Position numbers and translations under genes: made by a program | In this document: positions 1-9,472 of the stretch, piece by piece | Position numbering within the stretch: the stretch's first letter is position 1 | How the letters are laid out: every line of letters starts with the position of its first letter | The notes under the pieces: model-generated | What the model saw: only the letters and a program-made list of their open reading frames with translations | What the model was told of the DNA's origin: nothing | Database searches by the model: none | NCBI GenBank assembly: GCA_023424135.1 | Contig: JAFAEH010000150.1 | Location: 1-57,375, forward strand | DNA length: 57,375 bases | Source of the DNA: Actinomycetes bacterium | GTDB lineage: Bacteria; Actinomycetota; Actinomycetes; Actinomycetales; Cellulomonadaceae | Direction of reading: 5' to 3'

Positions 1-1482
1 GTGCTGCTGCGCGCCCCCGCCGGCACCGCCGGACCCGTGGGTGACGTGCGCGTGACGGTCGCCGGCGACGACGCGGACGTGCCGGTCCGTGCGGCGACCG
101 TGCCCGTCGCGGTCGTGCCGCCGCTGCTCACGCTCACCGACCCGACCGCGGTCGTCGACGACGCGACCCGCACCGGGACCCTCGCGTTCGCCGTGGGCGT
201 CGCCGGGCAGCGCGGCGACGGTCGCCCGGCGGCCGCCGCGACCGGGGTCGTCGCGACCGTGACGCTCCCGCCGGGAGTCGAGCCCACGGTCGGCCCGTCG
301 AGCATCGCGCTGTCCCGCTGCACGGCCGACGGACGCGTCGTGACGTGCCCCGTGGGCGACGTCGCAGCAGGCGGGGTCGTGCCGCTGCAGATCGGCATCC
401 GCGCCGCGGGCGCCGTGCGCGGCACCGTGGACATCCGGCTCGACGCCCGGGGTGCCGAGCCCGTCACCGCGACGACGCAGGTCGTCGTGTCCTCGGCGAA
501 CCTCACCCCGGTGTGGTCCGGCACCGGCGACCTCGACGTCGTCGAGATCGGCGCCCCGCTGCTCGTGTGCGTCGACGCCACCGGGGCGACGTGCCCCGCG
601 GTCCACGGCACCCAGGACAACAACCGGCTCGACATGCGTCCGCTCGACGAGGCGGCCCCCGACGAGGGGGTGCGCGCGTCCGTGCCGGTCTCGTCGCAGA
701 GCGTGCTCGACGTGCCCGACGGGCGCCCCGTCGTGTGGGCCGGGCTCTACTGGTCGGGCGTGCGCGCACCCACGGACGCCTGGAGCGCGCCGCTCGGCAC
801 GGCCCGGCTGCGCGCCCCGGACGGCACCTGGACGCAGGTCACCGCCGACTCCGTCACGCAGGTGAGCGACAACGAGCAGCGGCAGTACTACCAGTCCGCC
901 GTCGACGTCACCGACCTCGTGGCCCGGGGCGGGGCCGGTGCGTGGGCGCTCGCCGACGCCGCGGTCAGCGCGGGCCGCACCGACCGCAGCCCGACGTACT
1001 ACGCCGGGTGGGCGCTCGTCGTCGTCCACGGCACCGTGGCCCAGCAGGCGGCGCCCGGCTCGACGACCGTCACCGTCCACCAGGGCGGGTCGTGGGTCGG
1101 CACGTCGGCATCGGCGCCGGCGTTCACGTTCGTCGGCGAGGCCGCCGCGCGCACCCGCATCGGCGTCGTCGCCTGGGAGGGCGACCGCGGCACGGCGAAC
1201 GACCAGCTCACGCTGACCGGTGTCGGGGCCCTCACGCCGCAGCGCTGGGACGGCACAGGGCCGGCGGGCGGCGGCTCGCCCGGCAACGCGTTCGACTCGA
1301 CGGCCACCGGGTGGCGGTACGCCAACTCGCTGGGCGTCGACGCGAAGGGCTTCGCCGAGGTGGTCCTGCCGTCGAGCGGCATCGGCACGCTCACGGCCAG
1401 CACGCGCGGGGACCAGTACCTCATCGGTGTCGTCACCGTGCGCACCGTCACCGCGTCGTCGTCCGGGGCGTCGCAGAGCTGA
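1..1482 (+). CDS. C-terminal part of a large extracellular Ig-like/DUF11-type protein (5' truncated)
   Basis: Long ORF with host-like codon usage; beta-rich repeats; WAGLYWSG, YQSAVDVTDLV and YAGWALVVV motifs typical of such extracellular domains. Confidence 0.55.
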   Translation: MLLRAPAGTAGPVGDVRVTVAGDDADVPVRAATVPVAVVPPLLTLTDPTAVVDDATRTGTLAFAVGVAGQRGDGRPAAAATGVVATVTLPPGVEPTVGPSSIALSRCTADGRVVTCPVGDVAAGGVVPLQIGIRAAGAVRGTVDIRLDARGAEPVTATTQVVVSSANLTPVWSGTGDLDVVEIGAPLLVCVDATGATCPAVHGTQDNNRLDMRPLDEAAPDEGVRASVPVSSQSVLDVPDGRPVVWAGLYWSGVRAPTDAWSAPLGTARLRAPDGTWTQVTADSVTQVSDNEQRQYYQSAVDVTDLVARGGAGAWALADAAVSAGRTDRSPTYYAGWALVVVHGTVAQQAAPGSTTVTVHQGGSWVGTSASAPAFTFVGEAAARTRIGVVAWEGDRGTANDQLTLTGVGALTPQRWDGTGPAGGGSPGNAFDSTATGWRYANSLGVDAKGFAEVVLPSSGIGTLTASTRGDQYLIGVVTVRTVTASSSGASQS

Positions 1483-1577
1483 CCTGTGCCGCGGGCAGGC
1501 ACGTCGGGCGTGCAAGGTGCGCTGCCGGGCCGGTCGGGGTCCCCCGATCCCGGGCCCCGGCCCGGCAGCGCGTGTCC

Positions 1578-1952
1578 TCAGCCGGCGTCCCCCGAGCCGC
1601 TGAGGACGTCGGGGGCGCCACCGGCGTCGACCGGGCCGAGCAGCCGCAGCCGGGCGGCGCGGGCACCGGCGGGCGGGGTGGGGTCCGGGGAGCCCGGACC
1701 GAGCGAGAGAGCGGTGAACGTCTCCGCACCGGGGAGCACGTCCTGCGCGAGCTCGCGCAGCAGGTCGGCGGTCTCGGCGAGGTCGGCCGCGGACGGGCGT
1801 CGCTCGTCGCTGCCGTCGGCGGCCTCGTCGGCGCCCTCCTCGGGCAGGCTGACGTACAGCACGAAGCCCGTGCGTCGGGCGGCAGGCGGGCGGGGCGCCA
1901 GGGGCGCGCGGGCGTGGTCGGCGCGGGTGCGCAGCCGTGCGGGTGTGCTCAT
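1578..1952 (-). CDS. Small protein resembling the N-terminal part of actinobacterial winged-helix regulators (no wHTH visible)
   Basis: GFVLYVSL...LPGAETFTALSL motif; GGAG RBS upstream. Confidence 0.5.
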   Translation of the reverse strand: MSTPARLRTRADHARAPLAPRPPAARRTGFVLYVSLPEEGADEAADGSDERRPSAADLAETADLLRELAQDVLPGAETFTALSLGPGSPDPTPPAGARAARLRLLGPVDAGGAPDVLSGSGDAG

Positions 1953-2024
1953 GAGATCTCCGTGACGGGTGACCGGCGGCAGGGCCTGCGGCGGTCGGCG
2001 GGATGGACGGTCCGGCGGGTCGGT

Positions 2025-2108
2025 TCAGGAACAGCGACAGTGGCGCGGATACCACCCGGACGTGGGCACGCCGACGACGGCATGCACACGGGACGTCATG
2101 AGACTCAC
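2025..2108 (-). CDS. Putative Cys-ending leader peptide (M)SLMTSRVHAVVGVPTSGWYPRHCRCS
   Basis: Hand-translated. GTG at 2108 lies 6 nt after a CACGAT -10-like hexamer (leaderless); in-frame ATG at 2099; stop is 73 nt upstream of the next gene. Confidence 0.5.
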   Translation of the reverse strand: MSLMTSRVHAVVGVPTSGWYPRHCRCS

Positions 2109-2255
2109 GTGAGGATCGTGGCACGACGGGCGCGTCATCCCAAGGGCTTACGGCAGTCGTCTCAGGCCGTGGGACCGCACCCAGCGGTCTGTGGACGCGG
2201 GCAGCCCGCCGCGGTCCTCACGACGGTCGCCGCGGCGGGGACGCGCGCGCAGGTG

Positions 2256-2891
2256 TCAGACGATGCCGTAGAGGCGGTCGCCCGCGTCGCCGAGACCGGG
2301 CACGATGTACGCCTTCTCGTTGAGCCGCTCGTCGACGGCCGCGACGACGACCTGCACGTCCGCACGGTCGCCCACGGCGTCCTCGACGACCTTGACGCCC
2401 TCGGGCGCGGCGATCAGGCACACCGCCGTGACGTCGCGCGCCCCGCGCTGCAGCAGGTAGTCGATCGAGGCGACGAGCGTGCCGCCCGTCGCGAGCATCG
2501 GGTCCAGCAGGAAGCACTGGCGACCCGTCAGGTCCTCCGGCAGGCGGTTCGCGTACGTGACGGCCTCGAGGGTCTCCTCGTCGCGCTGCAGGCCGAGGAA
2601 GCCGACCTCCGCGGTCGGCAGCAGGCGCGTCATGCCGTCGAGCATGCCGAGACCCGCACGCAGGATCGGCACGACGATCGGGCTCGGGTCGGCGAGCTTG
2701 ACCCCCGTCGTCGTCGCGACCGGCGTCACGACCTCGACCTGGTGCGTGCGGACGTGGCGCGTCGCCTCGTACGCCAGCAGCGTCACCAGCTCGTCGACGA
2801 GCTGGCGGAACGTCGGGCTCGGGGTGTTCGCGTCCCGCAGGACCGAGAGCTTGTGGGCGACGAGGGGGTGGTCGGCGACGTGCAGGCGCAT
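2256..2891 (-). CDS. upp: Uracil phosphoribosyltransferase
   Basis: [20 protein letters not shown] and [15 protein letters not shown] motifs. Confidence 0.97.
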   Translation of the reverse strand: MRLHVADHPLVAHKLSVLRDANTPSPTFRQLVDELVTLLAYEATRHVRTHQVEVVTPVATTTGVKLADPSPIVVPILRAGLGMLDGMTRLLPTAEVGFLGLQRDEETLEAVTYANRLPEDLTGRQCFLLDPMLATGGTLVASIDYLLQRGARDVTAVCLIAAPEGVKVVEDAVGDRADVQVVVAAVDERLNEKAYIVPGLGDAGDRLYGIV

Positions 2892-3063
2892 GCCGTCAGG
2901 GTAGTGCGAGGATGCCCGGTGCGGGCCGGACGTCGGTCCGCGGCCGGTGGCCGTGCGTCACGTCGCGTCGTCGGCGCGGGCTGCACGTCGGTCCGTGGGC
3001 GGTGGGTGTGCGTCACGTCGCGCAGGCTCAGCGTCGTCGGCCTGGGGACGGGGAGGTGTCGGG

Positions 3064-3552
3064 GTGGACGAGTCGGACGTCGTCGTCGGCCCGTCGTCGC
3101 CGTACGCGACGCCCGCGGACGAGGCCGCGATGGACCTCGCGCTCGCCGAGGCCCGCGCCGCGCTGGCGACGCACGACGTGCCGGTCGGTGCCGTCGTCCT
3201 GGGGCCCGACGGCGGCGTGGTCGGGCGTGGACGTAACGTGCGTGAGGCCGTCGGCGACCCGACCGGGCACGCCGAGGTCGTCGCGCTGCGCGCCGCCGCC
3301 GACGCGCTGGGCCGCTGGCGGCTCGACGGCTGCACGCTCGTGGTGACCCTCGAGCCGTGCCTGATGTGCGCGGGCGCCGTGCTGGCCGCGCGCGTGCCGC
3401 GCCTCGTGATCGGTGCGTGGGACGAGAAGGCCGGGGCGTGCGGCTCGCAGTGGGACGTCGTGCGCGACCGCCGCGCGCTGCACCGCCCCGAGGTCGTCGC
3501 CGGGGTCCGCGCCGCCGAGTCCGCGACCCTCCTGCGCGCGTTCTTCCGCTGA
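3064..3552 (+). CDS. tadA: tRNA adenosine(34) deaminase / nucleoside deaminase
   Basis: DVPVGAV, HAE and TLEPCLMCAGA motifs; GGAGG RBS before GTG at 3064; usual neighbour of upp and tRNA-Ser. Confidence 0.9.
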   Translation: MDESDVVVGPSSPYATPADEAAMDLALAEARAALATHDVPVGAVVLGPDGGVVGRGRNVREAVGDPTGHAEVVALRAAADALGRWRLDGCTLVVTLEPCLMCAGAVLAARVPRLVIGAWDEKAGACGSQWDVVRDRRALHRPEVVAGVRAAESATLLRAFFR

Positions 3553-3634
3553 CCGCCCCCGCGCTCACCCCGCCCGCGTCTCCGCACCCCCGACCACCCA
3601 GCGCGGGGCTCGTCCACCGAGCGCGGTACTCGTC

Positions 3635-4540
3635 TCACCCGCGCTCGGTGGACGACGACCGCGCTCGCGGGGGAGAGGGGAGGCTCGCGGCCAACGCGGT
3701 CAGGGTCGGGGTCGTGCCCGCGTCGAGCGTGACCGTGGCGTATCGGTCGCCCCGGGTCGTGCCCCGGTTGACGACGACGACGGGTCGGCCGCTGTGCGCG
3801 GCGTGCCGCACGAAGCGCCGGCCGGACAGGACCGTGAGCGAGGAGCCCGCGACGAGCAGCGCATCGGCCTCGTCGACCAGCGCGAACGCCCGCGCGACCC
3901 GCTCGGACGGCACGTTCTCGCCGAAGTACACGATGTCCGGCTTGAGGACACCGCCGCACGGTCCGTCGTCGCCGGGCGCCCAGCAGGCCTGGACCCGGAA
4001 GTCCGCGGTCTGCTCGACCACCGCGTCGGCGTCGGGGGCGATCTCGACGTCCGCGACGACGCCCGCCCGCTCGACGAACCCCGGGTTGAGGGCCTCGAGC
4101 CGGTCCGCGAGCGCCGCGCGCGGCACGACGTGCCCGCACCGCAGGCACACGACACGGTCGTAGCGGCCGTGCAGGTCGATGACGTCCCGCGAGCCCGCGG
4201 CCTGGTGCAGCAGGTCGACGTTCTGCGTGACGACCCCGACGACGACGCCCCGCGCCTCGAGCTCCGCGAGCGCACGGTGCCCACCGTTCGGCGTCGTGCG
4301 GTGCACGTGCCGCCACCCGACGTGGTTGCGCGCCCAGTAGTGCCGACGGAACGCCTCGTCGCCCACGAACTGCTGGTACGTCATGGGCCTGCGCGGCGGG
4401 GAGTCGGGCCCGCGGTAGTCGGGGATGCCGGAGTCCGTCGAGATGCCGGCGCCCGTGAGCACGGCGACCCGCCGCCCCGCGAGCACGTCGACGACGTCCG
4501 CGAGCGTCCCCGCGCGGGCCGTGCCGGTCGTCGTGCTCAC
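3635..4540 (-). CDS. NAD-dependent deacylase, sirtuin (SIR2) family
   Basis: TGAGISTDSGIPDYRG, TQNVD, LHG, CxxC, KPDIVYFGE and GSSL motifs. Confidence 0.93.
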   Translation of the reverse strand: MSTTTGTARAGTLADVVDVLAGRRVAVLTGAGISTDSGIPDYRGPDSPPRRPMTYQQFVGDEAFRRHYWARNHVGWRHVHRTTPNGGHRALAELEARGVVVGVVTQNVDLLHQAAGSRDVIDLHGRYDRVVCLRCGHVVPRAALADRLEALNPGFVERAGVVADVEIAPDADAVVEQTADFRVQACWAPGDDGPCGGVLKPDIVYFGENVPSERVARAFALVDEADALLVAGSSLTVLSGRRFVRHAAHSGRPVVVVNRGTTRGDRYATVTLDAGTTPTLTALAASLPSPPRARSSSTERG

Positions 4541-4660
4541 GCAGCCACGGTACGACGGACCCGCGAGCGGGCGCGGTCGGGGGCCCGTGCGGGCACCGGG
4601 GATGCGTCGTCGGCATCGGATTGGGTCCCCGGGCGTCGAGCGGGTACTCTGAGCCGCCGA

Positions 4661-4749
4661 GGTAGCGTGTCCGAGCGGCCTAAGGAGCACGCCTCGAAAG
4701 CGTGTGTGGGTGAAAGTCCACCGTGGGTTCAAATCCCACCGCTACCGCC
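4661..4749 (+). tRNA. tRNA-Ser (anticodon CGA)
   Basis: Acceptor stem GGTAGCG/CGCTACC; anticodon arm CACGC-CTCGAAA-GCGTG; long variable arm; T-loop GGTTCAAATCC; discriminator G. Confidence 0.96.
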
Positions 4750-4750
4750 G
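4727..4750 (+). repeat. att core, left (tRNA-side) copy GTTCAAATCCCACCGCTACCGCCG
   Basis: Matches 49740-49763 at 23 of 24 nt. Confidence 0.93.
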
Positions 4751-4753
4751 AAT

Positions 4754-4809
4754 GGAACGCCCCGGGTCTCTGACCAGCGCGAACGCTGATTTGAGGCCCG
4801 GGGCGCTCC
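4754..4809. terminator. Hairpin between tRNA and integrase (bidirectional terminator-like)
   Basis: Arms GGAACGCCCCGGGTCTC / GAGGCCCGGGGCGCTCC. Confidence 0.6.
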
Positions 4810-4830
4810 ATATACGCTCCACAAACCCTC

Positions 4831-5982
4831 TCACTCGAGGTCCTCGACCTCGAGCACGTCGCGGACGTCGGGGGCGGTGTGCGAGCGCTGGATGTAGGCC
4901 CGAATGGTCGCCGTACCCGAGTGCCCGAGCAGCGCTGCGGCGGTCGCGTCATCGTAGGCGCGGGCGACCTTGGTCGCGGCGGTCTTCCTGGCCGTGTGGG
5001 TCGTCACCCACTCGAGGTCGGTGCCGCTGACGAGGCGCGCGAGCTCCGTGCGGATGGCGCCCGGCTGACGCAGGCGGCCACCGGTGAGCGAGGGGAACCA
5101 CAGCTTCTGCTCGCCACGGGCCAGACCGAGGTCGGCGGCGGTGCGGAGTGCGGCGACGGCGTCACGCGTCAGCGGCACGACCCGCCAGCCGGCGGCGCTC
5201 TTGGGCATGGGCTGGCGGACGAGCCCCTGGTCCGATGCCGGCACCACTGTGGCACCGACAGTGACGCTCGGGGTCGTGCCGTCGAGGTCGACGTCGTCCG
5301 CACGCAGCGCGAGGACCTCGCCCACACGCAACCCCGTCGCGAGCTGCACGCGCAGCACGCACGCGGCCTGCACGGCTGCCGCTGGCTCGTCGGTCCTGCG
5401 CAGCAGCTTCAGCAGACGCTTGAGCTCAAGGTCGTCGAGCGCCCTCACGGGCTTCGTCCCGCGCGGGATGGGCGCCGTCTGGTCGGCGGCGTTCTTCTCC
5501 ACGGCGCCGTGCCGCACCGCCATGCCGAGCGACATCCGCAGGATGGAGCGCAGCGTGCGTGCGTTGCCCGGCCGCGTGCGTGCGAGTTCCTTCAGCATTC
5601 GGTCGAGCGTGGGTGTCGTCGCGTCGTCGAGCGTGAGGGCGGTGAAGCCGTTGCGCTCCGCAACCGTGATGTTGTGGCGGTAGGTCACGATGCTCTGCGA
5701 CCTCAACTTCGGCCGGCGCTCCTCAAGCCATACGTCGAGCAGCTCGCCGATGGTCGTGCCGCCGTGCAGCTGGTCGGCAGGCGCTTCCCCCGGCCGCGGT
5801 TCGAGCGCTGCGGCGGCCTCGCGGACCGCGTTCATCGCGGCGGACTTCGACGAGCGCTTGCGACGGAGGCGCCGCGCCGCGCCGCTGGCGTCACGGGCCC
5901 AGGTCTGCGCCTCCCATCCGCCCGGGACCTGGCGCGCCCAGACCTCCCCGGCGACCTGCGCCGCCTTCGCGGGGCGGGCCAT
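4831..5982 (-). CDS. int: Tyrosine recombinase/integrase
   Basis: Catalytic residues in TGLRVGE (R), PKS (K), HTAR (HxxR), LGH and terminal Y; ATG overlaps the xis stop codon. Confidence 0.95.
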   Translation of the reverse strand: MARPAKAAQVAGEVWARQVPGGWEAQTWARDASGAARRLRRKRSSKSAAMNAVREAAAALEPRPGEAPADQLHGGTTIGELLDVWLEERRPKLRSQSIVTYRHNITVAERNGFTALTLDDATTPTLDRMLKELARTRPGNARTLRSILRMSLGMAVRHGAVEKNAADQTAPIPRGTKPVRALDDLELKRLLKLLRRTDEPAAAVQAACVLRVQLATGLRVGEVLALRADDVDLDGTTPSVTVGATVVPASDQGLVRQPMPKSAAGWRVVPLTRDAVAALRTAADLGLARGEQKLWFPSLTGGRLRQPGAIRTELARLVSGTDLEWVTTHTARKTAATKVARAYDDATAAALLGHSGTATIRAYIQRSHTAPDVRDVLEVEDLE

Positions 5983-6323
5983 CAGGCGGCCACCTCTCGA
6001 GAAGCGGCCCAGGCCAGCACCGCGGACCTGCGGTAGCGGAGCGTCCGCTCGCCGAGCCGCACTACCGGCGGGCACGGCAACCCGCCCGAGCGCCAGTGCG
6101 CGAGAGTCGACGGGCTGATGCCGAGCAGCTTGGCGGCCTCCGCGCTCGTCAGGAGTACATCGGCGTCCCGCTGCGGAGCGGTCTGCGCGATGGGGCGGAG
6201 GTCCGCCTGGCGGACCCACTCGTGGAGGCCACGCTGGGCCTCGGTGTCGGCGGCCAGCCAGAGGCCACCGGTGCGCTCGCTGCGCCCGTCATCCGCGGGC
6301 GGGGTCGAAACGAAACTCTCCAT
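5982..6323 (-). CDS. Excisionase / AlpA-like HTH protein
   Basis: LLTSAEAAKLLGISPSTLAHWR...RYRRSAVLAW; translationally coupled to int. Confidence 0.85.
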   Translation of the reverse strand: MESFVSTPPADDGRSERTGGLWLAADTEAQRGLHEWVRQADLRPIAQTAPQRDADVLLTSAEAAKLLGISPSTLAHWRSGGLPCPPVVRLGERTLRYRRSAVLAWAASREVAA

Positions 6324-6403
6324 GGATACCCAATGTGCGGATTTGAACGCCACAGAACGGGAAGCGTTTTCCATTTCCTACAGGGTGATGCACCTCACAC
6401 AAG

Positions 6404-6793
6404 TCAGCCCAGTTCGTCGCTTTCGGGCGTATCGCGCAGCACGCTGACCGCCGAACTCTGCGGCTGGTCCAGAGCCCATCTGGCGATGGCCATCGCACCC
6501 CGGTGGATAGGCAACAAACACACCGTGTCCACGACCTCGCCGTCCAGCAGCTCGATGCCCTCGTGCCACGGCTCGTGCTGCTCCCAACTCGTCGGGACGA
6601 TGGCGAGGTCGGTGTCGTGTCCGATGATGCGCACGGTCAGATGGCGTCCAGAGATGGTCGGGACCGCGTATGCAGACGTCTCGTCGTACGGGCGGATGAC
6701 CACCACCGGGGTTCCGCAGCGGAGCAGCGATGCGAGCGCGATGGCCAGGCGGGGCGAATCGTCGCCGTCGTCGACCGTGATGTAGGCGGTCAT
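6404..6793 (-). CDS. Hypothetical protein
   Basis: ATGA overlap with the upstream ORF; plausible composition. Confidence 0.5.
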   Translation of the reverse strand: MTAYITVDDGDDSPRLAIALASLLRCGTPVVVIRPYDETSAYAVPTISGRHLTVRIIGHDTDLAIVPTSWEQHEPWHEGIELLDGEVVDTVCLLPIHRGAMAIARWALDQPQSSAVSVLRDTPESDELG

Positions 6794-7230
6794 GAGGGCA
6801 GCTCCACCCAGTGCACGCCTGGCAGAGCTGGCGCCTGAATGCCCATGCTGGCCACCTGCGCCGCCCGCCGGACGGCGGTGGCGACGTCGACCGACGCACC
6901 GGGCCCGACCATGGCCGGCTCACGGTCGGCGACGTGGCGGAGCTCCAGCCGGGCGTCGTCCGCGAGGGCGTCGAGCCACTGCGTGTGACACCACCTCTCC
7001 ACCGTGCACCAGAGGCCGGTCCCTGCCCACACGATGCTCACCGGCTCGTCCATGCCGCTGGTCGCGCTGAGGTAGAGCAGTGGCCCTGCCTGCAGCGCGG
7101 CGTACACCGCGAGCTGCTGCGAGCCGACGCGGAAGGGGCGGTCACGGTCCGGCCAGTCGGCCCAGACTCCGTCGCTCCAGGGCTCCACGGCCCCCGTCGA
7201 GCACGGCTCGACATCCCATCGAATCTCCAT
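6790..7230 (-). CDS. Hypothetical protein
   Basis: CCGCACAT motif 9 nt upstream of ATG; coupled to the next ORF. Confidence 0.55.
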   Translation of the reverse strand: MEIRWDVEPCSTGAVEPWSDGVWADWPDRDRPFRVGSQQLAVYAALQAGPLLYLSATSGMDEPVSIVWAGTGLWCTVERWCHTQWLDALADDARLELRHVADREPAMVGPGASVDVATAVRRAAQVASMGIQAPALPGVHWVELPS

Positions 7231-7313
7231 GGCTACCTAATGTGCGGCAGGGCCCCTTGGCAGACGTCAAGCCACTCGAGCGGGTGACCTTCAAACTCGT
7301 CTGGCCCAACCCC

Positions 7314-7392
7314 TTGACAGCACTGCAACTGTCAGGGACTGTCGAAGTGTCAGACAGCAACTCTGCTGTCAGGCTGAGGCGGTGGATGACCG
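7314..7392 (+). promoter_or_regulatory. Promoter/operator block, copy 1 (TTGACA plus palindromic operators)
   Basis: 79-bp ungapped repeat of 42848-42926 (~12 mismatches); contains TGACAG-N8-CTGTCA and GACAGCA-N4-TGCTGTC. Confidence 0.75.
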
Positions 7393-7429
7393 GCTCGCAG
7401 GGGAAACAGGGCGCAGAGGAGATGGAACG

Positions 7430-7759
7430 ATGGCTACAGCAGCAGCACTCGCAGGGGTCGACCTCCGCGATCACAGAGCGGCCTACGCCGCGCTTGACTA
7501 CGCCCGCTGGGACGCACGGCGCGAGACCTGGCATCGCATCAGGCGCACCGCTCGGCGCACCGTTACGACCGTCCTGGCAGTCGGGCTCATCGCACTCGGT
7601 ATCCAGTACGGGGCCGCCCTCGTCGGCGCCGGTCAGGATGCGACAGCCGGGCCGGTGATGGGCTGGATCGAGCGGACGGTGGACAAGCTCGTCGAGCCCT
7701 TCACCGCTGGTCTGGACGAGCGCGTCGCGATCTACGACGAGCTGGCTGCGGAGGCCTGA
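7430..7759 (+). CDS. Small membrane protein
   Basis: GAGGAG RBS; one hydrophobic segment. Confidence 0.65.
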   Translation: MATAAALAGVDLRDHRAAYAALDYARWDARRETWHRIRRTARRTVTTVLAVGLIALGIQYGAALVGAGQDATAGPVMGWIERTVDKLVEPFTAGLDERVAIYDELAAEA

Positions 7760-7760
7760 C

Positions 7761-8222
7761 GTGTCCGCCCCCATCGGCATCGGCGAGCTGACCACGGCCC
7801 GCGTCATCCACGACATCCTCGAGGCGCGTTTGACGGTCGGCTTCGACGACAAGCGCTCCGGGCAGGGCACCCACGCCTACCTGGACGAGCAGGTGGCTGG
7901 CCTCACTGTGGGCGATACGACGACGGCGATGCTCACCTACATGGCGCGCGACCTCGACACGGGCACCGTCATGGCTGAGCTGCGGGTCAGGTCTGCGCTG
8001 ATCTGGCGCACAGAGACCGGCTACCGGGTCGGGCTGTCGGACGACGGTCTGGGCGGTCCGGAGCTGAATCACGCCTACACGGCAGTGGCGGACGGCCACA
8101 TGGACAGCCTGACCGTCGACGAAGCGATGCACGTGGTGACGAGCTGGCTCGCGCTCGGTCTGACCCCGATCAGCGGGCGCCTGGGAGTCCTGCTGCACCT
8201 GCGTGAGCGGGTGGCAGCGTGA
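7761..8222 (+). CDS. Hypothetical protein
   Basis: Operonic spacing; GGAGG RBS. Confidence 0.6.
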   Translation: MSAPIGIGELTTARVIHDILEARLTVGFDDKRSGQGTHAYLDEQVAGLTVGDTTTAMLTYMARDLDTGTVMAELRVRSALIWRTETGYRVGLSDDGLGGPELNHAYTAVADGHMDSLTVDEAMHVVTSWLALGLTPISGRLGVLLHLRERVAA

Positions 8223-8641
8223 CCTCCCGGCTCGCGTCCCTCGCACGGGCCGTCCTGCTCACCACAGCCGCAGTCGTGACCCTGACGCAGACCAGCGAGG
8301 CCGACGCACTCGACTACACCGACTACGGCGACGGCCTGGCCGTCGAGTCCGAGCAGACTGACACCGGCCGGGTCCTGCACCTCATCAACGGCTCACCGGT
8401 CCCACTGACCGTCACGCTGCGCGTCGACCACACCTCCGGCGGCTGCGACGTCGCGGTCGCGCTGACCACCGATGACCAGATGCTCGGGCGCGTCTCGGTC
8501 TGCGAGAGCGGGCCGGTCACGGTCACCGAGACCCTCGCCCCGGGTGCCACCGTCACGGTCCATGCCGACGCCGAGGCGACAGCTGGCGAGCCTGATGCGC
8601 GGTGGAGCTACGTGCTCGACGCGGGCCCTGCAGACACCTGA
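8219..8641 (+). CDS. Secreted beta-rich hypothetical protein
   Basis: Signal peptide ending in ADA; GTGA overlap. Confidence 0.6.
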   Translation: MTSRLASLARAVLLTTAAVVTLTQTSEADALDYTDYGDGLAVESEQTDTGRVLHLINGSPVPLTVTLRVDHTSGGCDVAVALTTDDQMLGRVSVCESGPVTVTETLAPGATVTVHADAEATAGEPDARWSYVLDAGPADT

Positions 8642-8643
8642 CG

Positions 8644-9273
8644 TCAGACCCGCCGCAGCAGGATGACGACGTTGTGCTGGGCGCGCGGAGTGGACTCGAC
8701 CTGGCAGGTGACGAGTACGACCGCACCTGGGTCCGCGAAGGCCTCCGCGAGCCGGGACGTCGTCGTGCTCTTGTCGCTCACCCACGCGTCCACGACCACG
8801 GCCGCGCTCCCGTCCGGCAGCATCGCCTGAGCGCCGACGAAACGCGCGGGGTCACCTGCCGCGGTCAGCACACCGCCGGGTCCTGAGCCCGACGGGCCGC
8901 CGGAGTGCACTGCCCACAGCTCGGCCAGTAGCCCGTCGGCTGTCACCCTCGCCAGACCGTCACGCGTCGTCGGCCGCACGACGCCATCTGCGTCCGGACT
9001 GATGGTCTCGACGTGTGTCGCGCTGAAGCCGAGCGAGGGGATGGACAGCGCGCCCGTGGACACCGGGGCGACTGCCTCGGCCTCCGGCTCCGCCACCTCC
9101 TCGGCCGGCTCGGCTGGCACTTCGCGGACGGCCGGCGGCGGCACGGCGGCCTTCTCAACGGCCACTGGCGCCTGCACGCTCACGACGACTGGGGCCGGGG
9201 TCGGTGCTACCGGCGCGCAGCCGACGAGGACGGCGGCGAGGAGTAGAACGACGGTGGTGTGACGTGAGCGCAT
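8644..9273 (-). CDS. Sortase-like lipoprotein (class F-like)
   Basis: Lipobox LVGC; LSIPSLG; AVHS (His); VLVTC (catalytic Cys motif). Confidence 0.7.
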   Translation of the reverse strand: MRSRHTTVVLLLAAVLVGCAPVAPTPAPVVVSVQAPVAVEKAAVPPPAVREVPAEPAEEVAEPEAEAVAPVSTGALSIPSLGFSATHVETISPDADGVVRPTTRDGLARVTADGLLAELWAVHSGGPSGSGPGGVLTAAGDPARFVGAQAMLPDGSAAVVVDAWVSDKSTTTSRLAEAFADPGAVVLVTCQVESTPRAQHNVVILLRRV

Positions 9274-9304
9274 GGGACCTCCTAGAGCAGCCCCTGACGA
9301 AGAG

Positions 9305-9340
9305 CGGCCCCCGGCTCGCAGGGGTACGAGCCGGGGGCCG
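9305..9340. terminator. Strong GC hairpin between the surface protein and sortase genes
   Basis: CGGCCCCCGGCTCG-N8-CGAGCCGGGGGCCG. Confidence 0.6.
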
Positions 9341-9472
9341 GGGAAGCCCGCGGGCGGCTGGCCGGATGATGAAGCCGGCTACCGATCGCCAGAGCGGTGA
9401 GGAGAGGACTCGCCGCCCGCGGGGGTTCTGTGGTGTCCCGCTCTACCTACACGCGCGGATCCCCATCGGGTG

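Noticed and set aside
345..3236. 963-aa ORF and other long R/A/G-rich alternative-frame ORFs (e.g. 23245-25674, 16174-17877)
   Set aside because: Shadow ORFs typical of high-GC DNA that overlap well-supported genes
3635..4540. SIR2 as a defence effector (Thoeris or DSR type)
   Set aside because: It is a canonical Zn-binding sirtuin deacylase located outside the element among core genes
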